Assembly: GCA_002104905.1 (NCBI GenBank)
Contig: MCFE01000379.1
Location: 20,254-84,253, forward strand
Length of the DNA stretch: 64,000 bases
Source of the DNA: Basidiobolus meristosporus CBS 931.73
Taxonomy: Eukaryota > Fungi > Basidiobolomycota
Reading direction: 5' to 3'
The notes below the pieces were generated by a model. That model ran no database searches, had not been told where the DNA came from, and worked only from the letters and a program-made list of their open reading frames with translations. Shown in pieces: positions 12,971-26,640 of this stretch. The translations under genes were made by a program, and so were the position numbers. The stretch's first letter is position 1; each line of letters opens with the position of its first letter.

Positions 12971-13709
12971 GTGCAATCCGTGACCTATGTTTAGAGTGTG
13001 TTATCATTGTTGTTGAGGAGGAAATAACTCAGTTCCATGACAAAAGCCTGATTGTGCTATTACCAACAATATCAATGGAGGAACATTGTACAATTCTTAT
13101 ATTTGTGGATATAGACTTCCAATGCAAGAAATTCAAGAATATCAAGTGTACACTGCGTATTTGACCCATCTTATATACAATGATACAGATAGGTAAATGA
13201 CATTGATTTCAAATGAAACAGTAACGCTACGTTTTGCCTATCCAAGCAAATGTGGTTAGAGGAAATGGTTTCTGAATCATGGACGGTGAGCTGTAACTGT
13301 GCCAGAGTAAAATCGCACAATGGGTTGTCAGACGATGATGGAATAATCAGTAGAATTATCGAGGGACATATTATAGAGGGATTATATACGTCCTACTATA
13401 ATGTGAATTAGTAGATTGCGCAAATGTAGTAACTGAGTCAATCGAAGGGCCATTACTTGCCTTTTCCGAGGACCTATGAATAGATGGGGGTTGTGATCAG
13501 GATGGCAATTGGTTGGCGTGATGAGCTCACAAACTAAAAACCAAATTTGTCACCGTTCACTTTGCTCAGGCAGTGTTTGGTGCGCAATATATTCCGAGTT
13601 TCCTATACTGCTCCCACCCGCTGCTCATACCCGCCCCTCGCGCCCAGTTCACTTTCGCCACTTTGCCATATATCCTTCCGGGTGACACGTCTGACATCTC
13701 TTACACGCC

Positions 13710-16342
13710 ATGTCGGACCCCGATTTTTCCGTTATCTCCTCCCCCTCACCGAGCATCTATGTTTCTTCGAATCGGATCCGGAAAAAACCCTCCTCCTGCT
13801 CCTCCCAGTCAGACACTGAGGAAGCACCCAGCATTTCGGAACAGGCAGAGACGAACCTACTAAAGCCCGCCACGACCCCTTCGTTCTCTCGAACCACCAC
13901 TCCGCTCAACTCCCCGACTGCTCGAAGCTACAGCTCTTTGTTTCCTTCGCAACCAAATTCGATGGCGCGCCATACCAACGTCAATATCCACTCGATCTTT
14001 AGCAAATTAAACACCCTCAACGAGAAAACCAGACATGATGATAAACGATCTTTTCTGCACTCCATCAAAGGGTTCGTACTTCACCTATACGACCACCTTT
14101 GGGTTGGATCCTCTCCTGACTAACTGGAATTACCCCGATTTGCAGTCATATGCGTAGGAATAGTAAGGAGAAGTTCCATTCGCTTTTTGATCCTGGGGAA
14201 GGAAGTCCGCTGAACGATACATGGTAGACTACTAAACATGCCTCTTGCCTTGTACCCACTGGTCACTCAGATTTTCAATAGGCGCGGCACACCACTTCCA
14301 GTGTTTACCGGGGAAGATTCATCATACTCGCCCACCCTCTCACCTCGTAGTCCTCTCGACAGCCCAACGGTAACTGCCTACCCCACCTTCGCCAAAAGCT
14401 CCAGCCATTCCAAGAAGAGGTATTCCCCAGCGTCCACCACACGCCCCCTCACACCCACTAACGAGACCTAGACTTGTCCAGGACAACACCATAGAGGAGA
14501 TCGCTCGGGAGATCGAGCAATACTACGTGCAGAACAATCAAAGAATCGAGCAATACATCGATCAGATCGCCACCCTCGAGGTACTCTTCTTACGCCCCAC
14601 CCAACTTTCATCGGCCGACCGAGCCAAGTAACGATGTACCATTCGTTTAGAAACAGAAGCGAGACGCGGTCCAGGAAAGCAACCAATGGAAGAAGAAGTT
14701 CATCCAAGCGGAGAACCAATCCCACCAACGGGAGCTGGAGTTGAAAGGTAGGTTTGGAATGAACAGCGGTTGGGCACATGGGACGCATTCAAACGGAGCC
14801 TTTCTATGTAGAGGAGCTTCAGAAATTCCGGGAGAAGTACCTGCGCGACCTCGACGGGATCAAACGGGCTCACCGCAAGAAGTGCCAGCAGTACGGAGAC
14901 ACGATCAAAAAGCTGATGACAACCAACGAGTCGTTCCGCTCCCAGTTACAAGAATCCGGGATCGCCCCAAGTAAGACGCCAACGAGTTGCGTGCGTCCCC
15001 GTTCTTGCTTCTAACCCCGGGCTTTCATCAACTTCAGTCACCTCTACCCCAATGGCTGGCCCCATGGTAGACCCGGAATACAACGAGAATCACGAATATA
15101 TTAAGGTACCGTTTAGCCTGGCAAGCAGCTCCCCTACCGAGTTATGTAACCTGTTGGCTGGTATGTAGTGCAAATTCGCCGCCGCCGAGAAGCGAAGAGC
15201 CTCCCTGAAGCTGGAGGATGACCTGGCAATCTGGAACGAGGTAACATACCGCGCGACCTTCCCACCTGTCCCCCGATACTTACCAGAGTTTGATCCGTAG
15301 TACATGATTCTCGCTCTGGGGGTGGAATTGCGACAAGCACAAGTCCAGAAGATCCAGGAAACGCCGGAACGCCCTCACCTCGCTCCCGATTCGAGGAAGC
15401 CCCCACGACGCCGCTCAGCCCTTCGAACCCCCCATAGCAAGCGCCCTCACTATTCCAGCAGCCTGCGGGTGGGGGATCAGGAAGACGACTCGTGCCAAGG
15501 GTCGAAGCTCTCGGATGGGGACACCCTGTCAGATGAGTCTTCTTCAGCAGAAGAGAGCAGCACCCCCCTTCGATATATTACTTTGACTCGGGGCTCATCA
15601 GCCCAACGAGCCAGACATGACGTATCCACCACGCCTTATCTATCTGCACAATCGTCTAGCACGTCCCTTTCCACTATCGAGGCGATCAATGCCAAGGACG
15701 AATCTCCCGATCTACATCCCATAGAAGTCAACTGTATCTCCGAAGCAGCAAGTCAGCCGCTCGGAAGGGAAGAGAGCGATGCCAGCAGTGACACCGATTC
15801 ACAGGTGGACATTGCTCTCTCCACACCCCTAACGTTCGACGAAGAGGCTGAGCCCACTCACCCTCCAACCAAACCGGTCACCGAACCCGAGGAGCCCTCC
15901 AGCCCCACCCTCGGCAGCTACAATTCTCCACCCTATGTCACCTCCAGCCTCTCGGTGTTTGCTCGAAAACGCAACTCCGTTCGTACCGAATTCCCCGCAC
16001 AGGACCGGCGGCGAAGTGTCGGTTCGATCAATTCGGCCGGGCGGGAGCAGCCCCACCCATTACAACACACTCCAGCCATGCGACGAAAGCCTCTACCCAA
16101 AACACCGGAGATTCAGTCGACCGCGACATCACAAGTTTCAGGTCCAGCCGACCTCTAACATCACTGTAAAATACCCATCACCCCCTCCACCACCTCCCTG
16201 TCACCCTTCTACCCATTCTTCCCTAACTCACCCAGTCGATTGTAAAAACTACATAGCCTCCGCGGAAGAATGGCTTACTCAACCTAGCGCAGATTTATTA
16301 TTGATCTCCACACCAAACCTAACATCCATATATAAAGCCTAA
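13710..16342 (+). CDS. Multi-exon hypothetical protein with coiled-coil middle and Ser/Pro-rich tail
   Basis: Exons splice in frame through canonical GT..ctaac..AG introns (e.g. RLVQDNTIEEIAREIEQYY, KQKRDAVQESNQWKKK, EELQKFREKYLRDL, CKFAAAEKRR). No domain recognised, and the terminal exon structure is uncertain. Confidence 0.65.
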
Positions 16343-16409
16343 TCATCAGCCACCTCCGAATCCATTCAATTCCCCGACCACGAGTCGAACTCGATCTCAC
16401 TCACTTGGG

Positions 16410-17746
16410 TCAATCGTTTCGGGTCAGGATCTCCACCCCGTCCTGAGTGATCAGCAATGTGTGTTCGAACTGGGCGGACCGCCCAGCATCCGCGGTCACA
16501 ATGGTCCAGCGATCGGGCCAGGTCATGCCGACGGCAGTGCCTTGACACAGGATCGGCTCGATGGTGAAGGTCATGCCGGGTTGCATCACGCCTTCCTCAT
16601 GGTTCCCTAGGAAGTACCGGGTTAGCATGGTCCTCACGAACGTCCGCACACAATCCCCCGAGAGCACTTACGATGATGTAGAATCAGGGGAAGCGAGTGG
16701 AACTCCCGGCCGATCCCATGGCCGGAGAGTTCGGTGGAGACAGAGAATCCTTTGCTCTCGGCGTAGTCGCTGTATTATCAAGGCGATCGAGTTACCAGTC
16801 AAGTCACGCTTACATGTCGTTATCTGGGGAAGGGGGGTTACCATATCACTCGGCCGATCTCCTGGAAGGGGGTGCCAGGTTTGCAAATGTCCACGGCCAA
16901 ATCCAAGGATCTCTTGGTCGCCTCCACCAGCTCGCGCCCCTTCTGATCCACGTTGCCGACGTAGAAGGTGGCGGAGTTGTCGCCATGAACGCCGTTCAAA
17001 AACACCTAAACCAGGTTAGTTGATTCGGAACCGCCAGCGATCTCTACGTGTACCCCATTACCGTGATATCGATGTTGATGATATCTCCATCCTGCAGAGG
17101 TCGGCTGCGACCATGGAAGTGGTCAGAAATGTGGGGACTTGGAAGATTCGCGTCGAGCTTACCTATCGGGGATGCCATGGGCAATCACGTTGTTGACCGA
17201 GGTGCAGACGGATTTTGGGAAACCCATGTAGTTTAGGGTGGATGGGTAGGCGTTGTGCTGGACGATCTCCTCGTGCAAAATCCGGTCTATCTCGTCGGTG
17301 GTGATGCCTACCTAAACCAAACCCCCCACCCCCGCCAAGGGAAAAGGTTAGCACCCACTTGGGGGAGGGACTTTTGCGAAGAACCTTACTTTGACCAACT
17401 GGCCACCTATGTCCAACATCTTTCGGGCCAGTCTTCCCGCCTCCCGCATCTTCTCGATCTCCTCCGGGGTCTTGATGTCTATGCTGGCGCTCCAAGCGGG
17501 CGGTTCCCCGGTTTTGGCGTAGTTGGGGTGTAGGATATGTGCGGGAACACTGCGTCGCTCCTGTTGCACCTTGTCACCTAAGGCCAAGCTGTTCGGGACT
17601 ATCATTGAGTAAGAACCAAATACTCTGGGCGGGGTAAATGGCAGGGTCACCTTCCTACACCTCGGGGCACACAAGGCTCTGCCCGTATGGAGGCTGGCTC
17701 TCAGCATTCTGAAAGGTAGTCTGGCGGGGAAATGGGTTGGGTTCAT
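16410..17746 (-). CDS. MAP1: Methionine aminopeptidase type I, probably organellar (MAP1D-like), multi-exon
   Basis: Motifs [41 protein letters not shown] and SAQFEHT; Arg-rich N-terminal presequence-like segment; introns splice in frame. Confidence 0.92.
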
Positions 17747-17918
17747 TCGAAACACTGCGTCACTATAGGGTAGGTCGAGTGCGGTGCGCTTGGGGGGGGG
17801 GGGGGAAGAGAAAATGGCGAAATCTATCTGGGAAATCAGAATTTTCATTCCGTCATATGGGATGCGGCGGGGCGATTTTATTGAAGCCAGAAATTTTACA
17901 ATGAATGATGGAAATGAT

Positions 17919-19440
17919 CTACAACCCGTCCACCAGCGTGGACGGTGCCTGGTTACGATAGACGATGTCGTGGATCTTGGTGAAGAGCGGGTACCTAAAG
18001 GGTGGAAGGTGAGAAACCCCGCCACGGGATGGGTTGACTTGGGGGATACCACGTACCGATCAGTCAATTGTCTTGCCGCTAGGAACGCATGAACCTCCTT
18101 GGCCGTCAATGTCCCCTGTAGCTTTTGGCCATGGAGCATCTCCTTCTCGAGCACATGGAATGGCTTGCCTGTAAGTACATGAGCCTCCGCCACTCTGCGA
18201 TTGCGACCTCCGGCGCAAGTGGTTATCAGGTCCGCCACTCCACAGCTCTCAAAGAACGTCTCCACCTTGACCCCCGAGTAAAATGTCTGCGCGAATTGGA
18301 TGATCTCCATCAAGCCGATTCTCATGATGGCGGCCTTCGTGTTATCTCCGAGCCTACTCGACAGGGTGAGTGAGGTTCGTCAATGCCGATGAGTGGGTTG
18401 TTTGATGAATACGTACTTGAGACCGTCAACGATACCCGCCCCGATGGCAACGATATTCTTCAGCGCGCCGCACAACTCCACCCCCGCGACATCATCCACC
18501 ACGGTAACTCTGAAGTACTCCGTGTTGAACAACTTGCGGTAGATTTCCCCGTGCTCCTTCACTCGCGACCCAATGGTGGTCTCACAGAAATGCTCCAACG
18601 CCACTTCCTGGGCGATATTCGCGCCCGACAACACACTCGTCTCGATCCCCAGCGTTCCGGAGATCTCCTCTGAAAACAGACGAACCCCCTCGGAGGATGC
18701 GTCGATTCCCTAGATGATGGCTTAACATTGATCCCGGTAATACATCTACTGATGAATGATGTACCTTGATCAGTGAGATGGCCTTGGCATCCGGGCGGAC
18801 TTGGTTAACTAGATCGGCGCAGACCCCCTTCAGAAACTTCGATGCGAGTCAGTGAGAGCCCAGCATTCTCGTACTACTGTGACAGGTCAACATACTTGAT
18901 GAGGCACAACAAATGCGATCACAGTGGCGTCTTTTACGCACGCGCGGAGGTCCGGGCAGGCGACCAGGTTGGTTGGAAGCTGGATATTCGGCAAGTACCT
19001 GAATGTTCGCAGATAGCGAGGTCAAGGCTTCCAGATCACATGATGTGGGGAGGATACCCTCCCATGAAAAAGCCGAGCGTGTAGCAAAGGATACTTCACG
19101 TTTTCGTGGCGTTGGTTAATCACCTCACTCAGCTTCTCGCCGCGGGAGATTTCTTCGTGAACCCACAGCCTCACCTCGGGGTCAAACTCCCCGTACCGCA
19201 ACACGTTGTTCGCGAGGATCTTACTGACAGCGGTGCCCCTAGGAAATGGTTAGGAATGGTAGGCCCCGCTCGTCCCCTCCCAACCCACACTAAACAAAAC
19301 GGTTACCAGTTACCCGACCCGACGACGCACACCTTTTCTTTGGAAAGACGGCTTGAGAGGCTGAATTCCCGAAACGAAGGCCGGAGACGGGCGAAACTTC
19401 GGGTCACCAGGCTGGTGTGACGTGGGAAGATGGAAAGCAT
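17919..19440 (-). CDS. GPD: NAD-dependent glycerol-3-phosphate dehydrogenase with N-terminal presequence, multi-exon
   Basis: [48 protein letters not shown] and KLQG; last exon [12 protein letters not shown]...L*; introns splice in frame. Confidence 0.95.
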
Positions 19441-20952
19441 GCCTGTCTTCTGGTGAGGTCAAACCCCTCTGAGGAAGAAACGTATTTTGGTGAATCCCAC
19501 CAAGGATGCACCAGCTCATCGGGAATTTGGCCGACTTGGATCTCCCATATTATTGTTGCGGTATATCATCGCAAAGTGGAGCAGCCAGAAAACATGGTGG
19601 TTTGAGCTTCAGTTGGAAATCCGATAAAAAAACATTCAATCAATCCAGTGGAACACCATCTTCATGTTGGAACAAGCTGGTAACAACCTGGTAACAACCG
19701 ACCTATTACCTGGGGTGGGGTACTTGGGTAATATCTGCATGTGGTAAAAATGGTCACTTTCCATCCCGCATTAATAAGGAATGAAAGGCTTACTTACTGG
19801 TGAAGGCTGAGCTGGCCAATCAGGACGAGTACGGTGAAAATAACCATCTGGGTCGATCCAAAGAGCAATTTAAATTGACAGATGATTACCAAAGCAAATG
19901 GCACTATATTGTGCTAGCCAGCTTAGGCCTAATATTCTAGCAATCTACGGATATGGGAATTCCATCATACACCACTCGCCTAACGGGTGCCTTCATCTTG
20001 CCTTGTACGGAACATGGCTTGGACCTTTTCCATAGATGCTTGAATGCCAGGGTATTCAAGCTTAGAAGGGTATATCAGATACGGCATTCCCAGAAGATGT
20101 ATTGCAAAAAGGATTATCCACGCCACGAAGAAAGAGACTGAGGCCTCCAGAAAGCGCTTCTCCCTTATTTTACAATTGGTTTAGCTTATCTGGAGACCCA
20201 GTGGATGTGGCAGTGGGTTAGCTTGCACAACAATGAACCGGGCAACGCAAGTCTTAGGTTTGAAGACAAAGCCCAGCTCTGCTCGGGGTGAAATGGGATG
20301 CTGCAAGGGGTGGCCGAATCCTCAGAAAAACCACTGCTTAAAATGGATAATGAGTACCGTATTTTCGGGGCATTTTCGACGTTTAGAGAGTTGAGCGGTC
20401 GCCTGGAAAAAACCCAATGCCCCATCCCCGAATGCTCGACATAAATCCCGATCAATCCAGGGCCAACGATACTCCATTAAGCAGATTCGAACGATCAATG
20501 GGGGTTTTGGGAATGTCTGGACATCGCCGGCAAGTAATCCAATATGGATCATGCAAACTCCCGATTTCGATTGGACCTTGCTAATTTGGGCGGTTTCTCT
20601 GTCGCTTTCATGAGTACCTGATTGGTCTTAGATTACGCTTATGATTTACTAGGGTTTGGGTTGCTTCAACGGAGTGACGCTGTTGCTGGCGCTTTGTGGG
20701 TGCTAGGTGGGCAGGGTGCGACGTGAAGTGTGAGATAGAGGGTAATTGGAGGATATCAAGAGCGAGGAGATGATGGGACGAGGCTGAGACCATATTTCGT
20801 TGATGTTTGTCCAAGTCTCGGATCGAAGGTGTGTGAAAATATGGGATGAAACGAAGCCAATGTTTCCAAGTCATGAGATATGAGCAGGAGGCGCTGATGA
20901 ATTTTCCGTCATGAATCATGAATATCAATATGGATATAGATAGAGTGCGGAA

Positions 20953-21058
20953 GTGGATATGAGTGGATATGAGCGTGGTTGTGGGTATGGTTATGGGTAT
21001 GGGTACAGTATGGTATGGGTATAGGTATAGGTACGAGTATGAGTATGAGTATGAGTGG
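20953..21058. repeat. Degenerate 6-bp microsatellite (GGTATG/GGTATA/AGTATG), preceded by a 10-bp direct repeat
   Basis: Seen directly: gggtatggttatgggtatgggtac...gagtatgagtatgagtatgag. Confidence 0.85.
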
Positions 21059-21598
21059 AGTGAAGCAGCGGACTGGTTTGCTAAATACAAGGGTAGGGTT
21101 CGGGAAGGATGAGGTCGGCGGTTCGATGATGTGTGATGTATTTTAAGAACGTGGGGTGGAACTGAGGGCCCGTTAGATAAATATTCTCCATGTGAAGATG
21201 AGTATGCGTGCGAGGGTGAAAATAGACTAAATTAGTGTGGATGAGGCTAAGAGCAGGTCGGGTTTGGCAAATAAACGAGAGAGCATAAGTGGGGTAGACT
21301 AACGATGAAGGTGTACGCCAACTTCACAGCTGAGGCAGCATTCTGATAAACTCGCTATGTACGTGAATGGACGGTATAGGTTAGGATGAACTTTCCAGAT
21401 CGGGTTGTGAATAGGGTAATGGGATTTCCTCAGCTATGTAAAGTTGGGAAAAGGCTAGGTTTACAAACAGGACAAATTTATTATATCATCTATAGAATAA
21501 GTAAATAAAAAACTACATGTGTCTAAGCGCAAAAACGTCAATAACGCAACATTCGAATATAGAATACAGCTGGTATAGGTATGTACTCCTTGGGTGAT

Positions 21599-22603
21599 TT
21601 AATCCTTCTTGCGCTTTTCGGCTTCGTGATGAGGAGGAGCGACCCAGTACATGCACCCGTGGACCATACAGGCGAGGAGAGGGGCAATCCAAGGGATCCA
21701 GTGCTCTTGGAAGTTTCCGGAGGCAACGGCGACACCGAAGAACTTTGCTGGGTTGGCACCGACACCACCGTATCCATCGGTAAGACCACCACTGACATAA
21801 ATGTTAAGACCAAGGGCCAGACCCACACAGATAGGACCGACAACTGGACCGAAGACCTTTTGCTGCTTGGGGTCGATGGCGGTACCCCAAGTAAGCCATA
21901 CGTAAGACCAACTGAAGAAGAACTCCAGGCAGAAAGCCTGACCAACACTCACGATCTCGGGCTTGAAACCCCAGGAACCAAGCTTGGTAGCTTCGGTGAC
22001 AGCCTCACCACAAGCGGCGCGAAGCATAGCACCTCCAAGCATGGCACCAATGCAATGCATGCCCAAATAGATAATGGCACGAGGAACCGAGCAAAGACGA
22101 GTGAATACGGCAGTCCAGGTAATACAGGGGTTGAAATGGGCACCGGAGACGGAGGCAGAACCCATAATGTAAAGAGTAAGGGTGACGAAGACACCCAAAC
22201 CGACATCAAGCGAAACAACGGGACCTCCAACTTGAACGGCCCAAACAGTAACACCGCATGAAACCAAGACGTAAAGGGCCATCAAGAAACATTCGTGGAC
22301 ACCCGAACGCCAGATGGCGGGGTTGCGGAACTCAGACCAGTCAAACATCTGCTCATAGGACAAATGATCTTCGTCAGCGATAACGTCAGGATGGAACTCG
22401 GGTGTAGGAACGCCTGAAAGAGACTTTCTGTGAGGAATAGCATTGAGGGAAGCTTGGCGACTACGAGTGATGTGTTGTTCTAGCGAAGCAAGGTGCTCAT
22501 TACTGAGAGGGACACCAACGTTGAGAGCAGTCTCGTGAGGTCTAAGTTCGGTGGCTCCTTGACTAACAAAGCCATCGGGAGGGCTGAGTCTTGACGATTC
22601 CAT
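21599..22603 (-). CDS. Major intrinsic protein (aquaporin), intronless, NPC/NPA motifs
   Basis: SGAHFNPCIT and GANPAKFFG signature loops with six hydrophobic helices; likely start MESSR at 22603. Confidence 0.92.
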   Translation of the reverse strand: MESSRLSPPDGFVSQGATELRPHETALNVGVPLSNEHLASLEQHITRSRQASLNAIPHRKSLSGVPTPEFHPDVIADEDHLSYEQMFDWSEFRNPAIWRSGVHECFLMALYVLVSCGVTVWAVQVGGPVVSLDVGLGVFVTLTLYIMGSASVSGAHFNPCITWTAVFTRLCSVPRAIIYLGMHCIGAMLGGAMLRAACGEAVTEATKLGSWGFKPEIVSVGQAFCLEFFFSWSYVWLTWGTAIDPKQQKVFGPVVGPICVGLALGLNIYVSGGLTDGYGGVGANPAKFFGVAVASGNFQEHWIPWIAPLLACMVHGCMYWVAPPHHEAEKRKKD

Positions 22604-24329
22604 AATGAGATATTGAATACGAAATGATAGTGTGGTACAAGGGGGCACCAAGGCCCACTTATATACCTTTTCCGTGGACCACATTTGAGGCTATCGATCA
22701 TTTTGTTCTTTTCAGCATTCTGTGACCCAGATACCAATCCCAATCAAATCGCTTAAACGATACCGTTAGATTGCTATATTTTGATGATGTTCAAGTCGAA
22801 TTTGTGCTATCCAAGTAATTTTGGATTTTTCCTAATTAACCTGATATGGCTGATATTCTAACTGCCAAAGTAAGAAGACTGAGATACTATAACTAGATAA
22901 TGAGTGATTATTTGCTCCATATAAGGGATTTTTTCGTTGCCTATTTGATGTATCTACAATTACCAAATCAGTCCATGAAACTTCTTATCCCAAAGACTGT
23001 GTCCAATTTCGTCTCAGCTGCCACCAAATCGAAATGTTTATAAGTTGGTATATAGCTGGCCTACGGAACATTCTAAAATGATCATCCATTGCCATCCATC
23101 ATATCCGAGATGTTGTGGTCAGATTCCAGAACCTGACATGATTTCTTGGTCAATGTTACATCGTCTGAGACTGACAAGGACGTGTATTATGGCTCAATAA
23201 CCCCCGGGTTTATCTAGCAGAGGTGGGATTACATCAGTAAGCTAGTGAATAAATATATAGGACAGAGCAATCTCATCCCATCATAGATTAGGTTAAATTA
23301 CACCAGTTGCCATGATTCGTATGTGGAGTAGTGTAACCAGGTAACCCGCCTAATCAGGTTTTTCAAATACGGATGCTGGTCATGAATTACAGCTAGTATG
23401 TAACGCGCTTCCTGATCGATATGGCTTTCCAATCATTGGTGTGTTCCGGCAAATCATCATTGTCAACATACCTCTCTCGACATCAATTGATCCAGGAAAG
23501 TTCTATTGGTTTGCTCACTAGTTTCCGGGTTCCTCCAAATGGTATTGAACCTGGTCAGCGGTAATTATCCAAAAGATTTGACCATAGTTTTAGCGGTGTT
23601 TCCCATTTGTTGCACACACGGTCACCATATTAGGAGAATCCCAGATTTGATTAATTGGACTCATTGGGAAACGTGAGGATTTATAATTGCGTCAATCACT
23701 CACATTTCCTGATTTCATTAATTGAATTCATAATGGTTTTTCAGAATCGGAAGCAACTGCCCAAAAGTCACTCAATAGTTTTCCCAAAACCCAAATAAAC
23801 CGCACCAAAAAGGAGGTTGTTACTCACTGTCCCCATACACTAATTTCACTTAAACGACCAACGTCCTCAAACATCCTGATTTGAAATGAATAACCAAGCT
23901 GAGTTTTTAAGAATGTTTCTCACGTTTACCCAGCGGGCAAATTTAACTCCCTTTACATGTGTTGCCATAATTTACTATGGTACGCTCCTACATGTTGCCT
24001 CCGTCCGGGATTCAAGTCCGGTTGTTAGTCACAAGTTTTAAATTGGTGCAAATAATTAGGAAGTGTTTTACTTATTCAGTCGTGTCGCTTTCATACTTTG
24101 GATTAATTTTATCATGATTTTTCTTGAACTTTTGATTAGTTAACAAAATAGTCAAGTATTTAGTCTCGTACCAATCATGCCTGGACTAATGAAGAGCTTG
24201 GTGCTTGGTTTTTAGTAACTTAATTTTGCACATGAACAGTCGGTGAAAATATAGCCTAAGTCATACCAAGGGGATATTTAATGTGGCAGTGGCGACCTGG
24301 AAGTGGTTGGGAGTATTTAGAAGAAAATG

Positions 24330-26640
24330 TTGCAAATTTCGTGATGACACCTAAATGTTCACCTAACTCATAGTCCACAAATCTTGGAGAATTCTGGCCA
24401 AACTCCTTGTCGGGATTTACTATGAATATTTTCGCCAAAACATCAGGTACCCAGAATGTGAGGTATTTCAGAGTTATCCAAATAGCCCCAAACTTTGCAT
24501 ACATGTTCTTGGACCTACCCGAACATATTTAACGTATTTTCTTTGCCATAACTACTTGAAAGTATATATACTACATTTACATTCAATAGATCATTAAGTG
24601 AATACCACAAAGTCTACTTACGCACCCAATCACTTCCAATATCTCCACAGCTCTTACAGTACTATCTAGACATATTCCACTTGCTTTGTTGCCAGGGCCA
24701 TGCAGAAGTACAAATACCACACAATCTACAGGTTCTCCCAATCACTTCCGGTATCTATAAAACTCTTACAATATGAGCAAGATGTGCAATATTTGAAGGC
24801 TGTTGGGTAAGTTTGAAAATTTTGGGAACTTCCGGGCCTTCACTAATCCTGAGAGTTGGCTGATGACTTACAAACTAAATCATAATCGATTATTCCGTAA
24901 TTGGCTAGCAGTCAAATATGTTGTAATAGTTTTGACAATATTGGAAGTGATTGGGAGAACCTGTAGATTATGTGGTTTCACTCAATGATTCATTGAATGT
25001 GAAAGTAGTGTTTATACTTTTACATGATCCTGGTAAAATAAGCATGTAGAATATGCCAAGGAAGTTCCCGAAAGCATGTGTGCAAAGTTTGGGGCTGTTT
25101 GGATAACTTTGAGAATATTCATGTTCTGGGTACTTGATGTTTTGATGAAAATATCCTCCAAGATTTGTAGGTAATGATCTAAGTGACTGAATTAGATCAA
25201 TATGTAGGTGAAATTCCAGACCTTTACAAGCAAAATAGAGCCCTAGGGTATATGTAGTACATGTTGTAAGAATCTTAGAGATATTGGAAGTGAGTGGGAG
25301 AACAATTAGATTATGTGGTTTTCACTTGATGATTTGTTAAATGTAAAAGTAGTATTTATACTTTTACCTGGTCCTGGCATTACAAACATGTCGAATAGAG
25401 TAAGGAAGGTCTCAAGAACTTGTGTGCAAAGTTTGGGGCTGCTTGGACAACTTTGAGAATTTTCATGTTCTGGGTACCTGGTATTATGGTGAAAATATAC
25501 TAAGTAAATCCAATTTTCATATTCTGGGTAAATATTCTAAGTAAATCTCAACAAGGAATTTGGTCAGTATTCTCTAGGATTTGAAGGTAATGATCTAAGT
25601 GACTAAGTTAGGTGAATATATAGGTGGAATTACAAGCTTTTACAACAATTACTTCTAAGAATTAATTAATATGCTACAAACTATATCTTAGGAGAATAGC
25701 TCATAGCCTAGCAATAGACAAAGTAGATTCCTTCATTATAGAATTGGTTTAGGTGTGAATTAAATACTCAAAGTAATATGAGTGTCCTGGGTGTACAGTA
25801 TACATGTTGCATTTTCTTCCACATTGTTAGTATCATATTGGTCCACTCCAGTAGATTCTGTACTTGTATAAACCAGAATTAATATGGACACTTAGGCTCC
25901 CGCTTAGTGTGTTTGGTATTGTAGTAAGATTCTAGAGAGTATTAAAAGAGATTTGAAGAACTAGAAGAGATGCATCACACTCAATTGTTGATATACTAGT
26001 TCAACAAACATCTTTTTATACTATTAGGGAAACTATGTGAAGCAAATGATGTGAGTTAGCTGAAAGAAGTCTCAGAAAGTAGTCCACAAGGCCTAGGGGC
26101 TCTTGAGTAATTACAATATCTAGGTCCTCACTAATTCTAAGAGTAACCTGATATCCAACAATTAGTATCTTTGGTGTATAGCTCATGGTTTAGCAATAAG
26201 TTGAATAGAATTTACAGGTATGCAAATAAATTAGGTTGAACTCACTGCCCAAAACTACAGTTTCCTGCTAAAACTCTTTGTCAGGGCCTGCTTCAGATGT
26301 CTTCATCAACATGTGTGCTGACAGGTGAATGGAAACCTGATAGTTGGAAAGATTTTCCAAGTAAATGTCAACAGGGAATTTAGGCATGATATTTCAAAAT
26401 TCATTGACTAGGATCCAAGTGACCAAATGGATAGAGTATTTAGTCACAACACAAAATTCACAACATTCTGAACCACTTATTAGATGCTTATGTTTAGAGT
26501 ACATGACATCTTGGAAATAATGTTCCAAGTATATCCAAACATAGGATTTAGACCACAAATACTATGGCTCATAAATTATGATTTAAGTGACCAAGTTAAT
26601 GGAGTATTTGGGTGTGACTACAAAGACTTGCAACATGACC
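24330..26640. mobile_element. Cluster of degenerate solo LTRs of the same copia family (24330-24660 +, 24720-24770 +, 24920-25232 -, 25262-25647 -, fragments 26345-26465 and 26575-26638)
   Basis: LTR motifs (cccaatcacttccaatatctcc; gcaaagtttggggctg; TGTTGTAA...TTTTACAACA). The 25262-25647 copy has an internal ~37-bp duplication. Confidence 0.85.

Noticed and set aside
17791-17805. G homopolymer upstream of MetAP
   Set aside because: A simple mononucleotide run with no further structure, and error-prone in sequencing.
20186-21090. Minus-strand ORFs between GPD and the aquaporin (including HSYSYSY...)
   Set aside because: Partly translation of a microsatellite. A small spliced gene is possible, but I could not build a convincing exon chain or recognise a domain.
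22750-24200. Possible exon-like segments with GTGAGT donors on the minus strand
   Set aside because: All frames contain stops and no homology was recognised.
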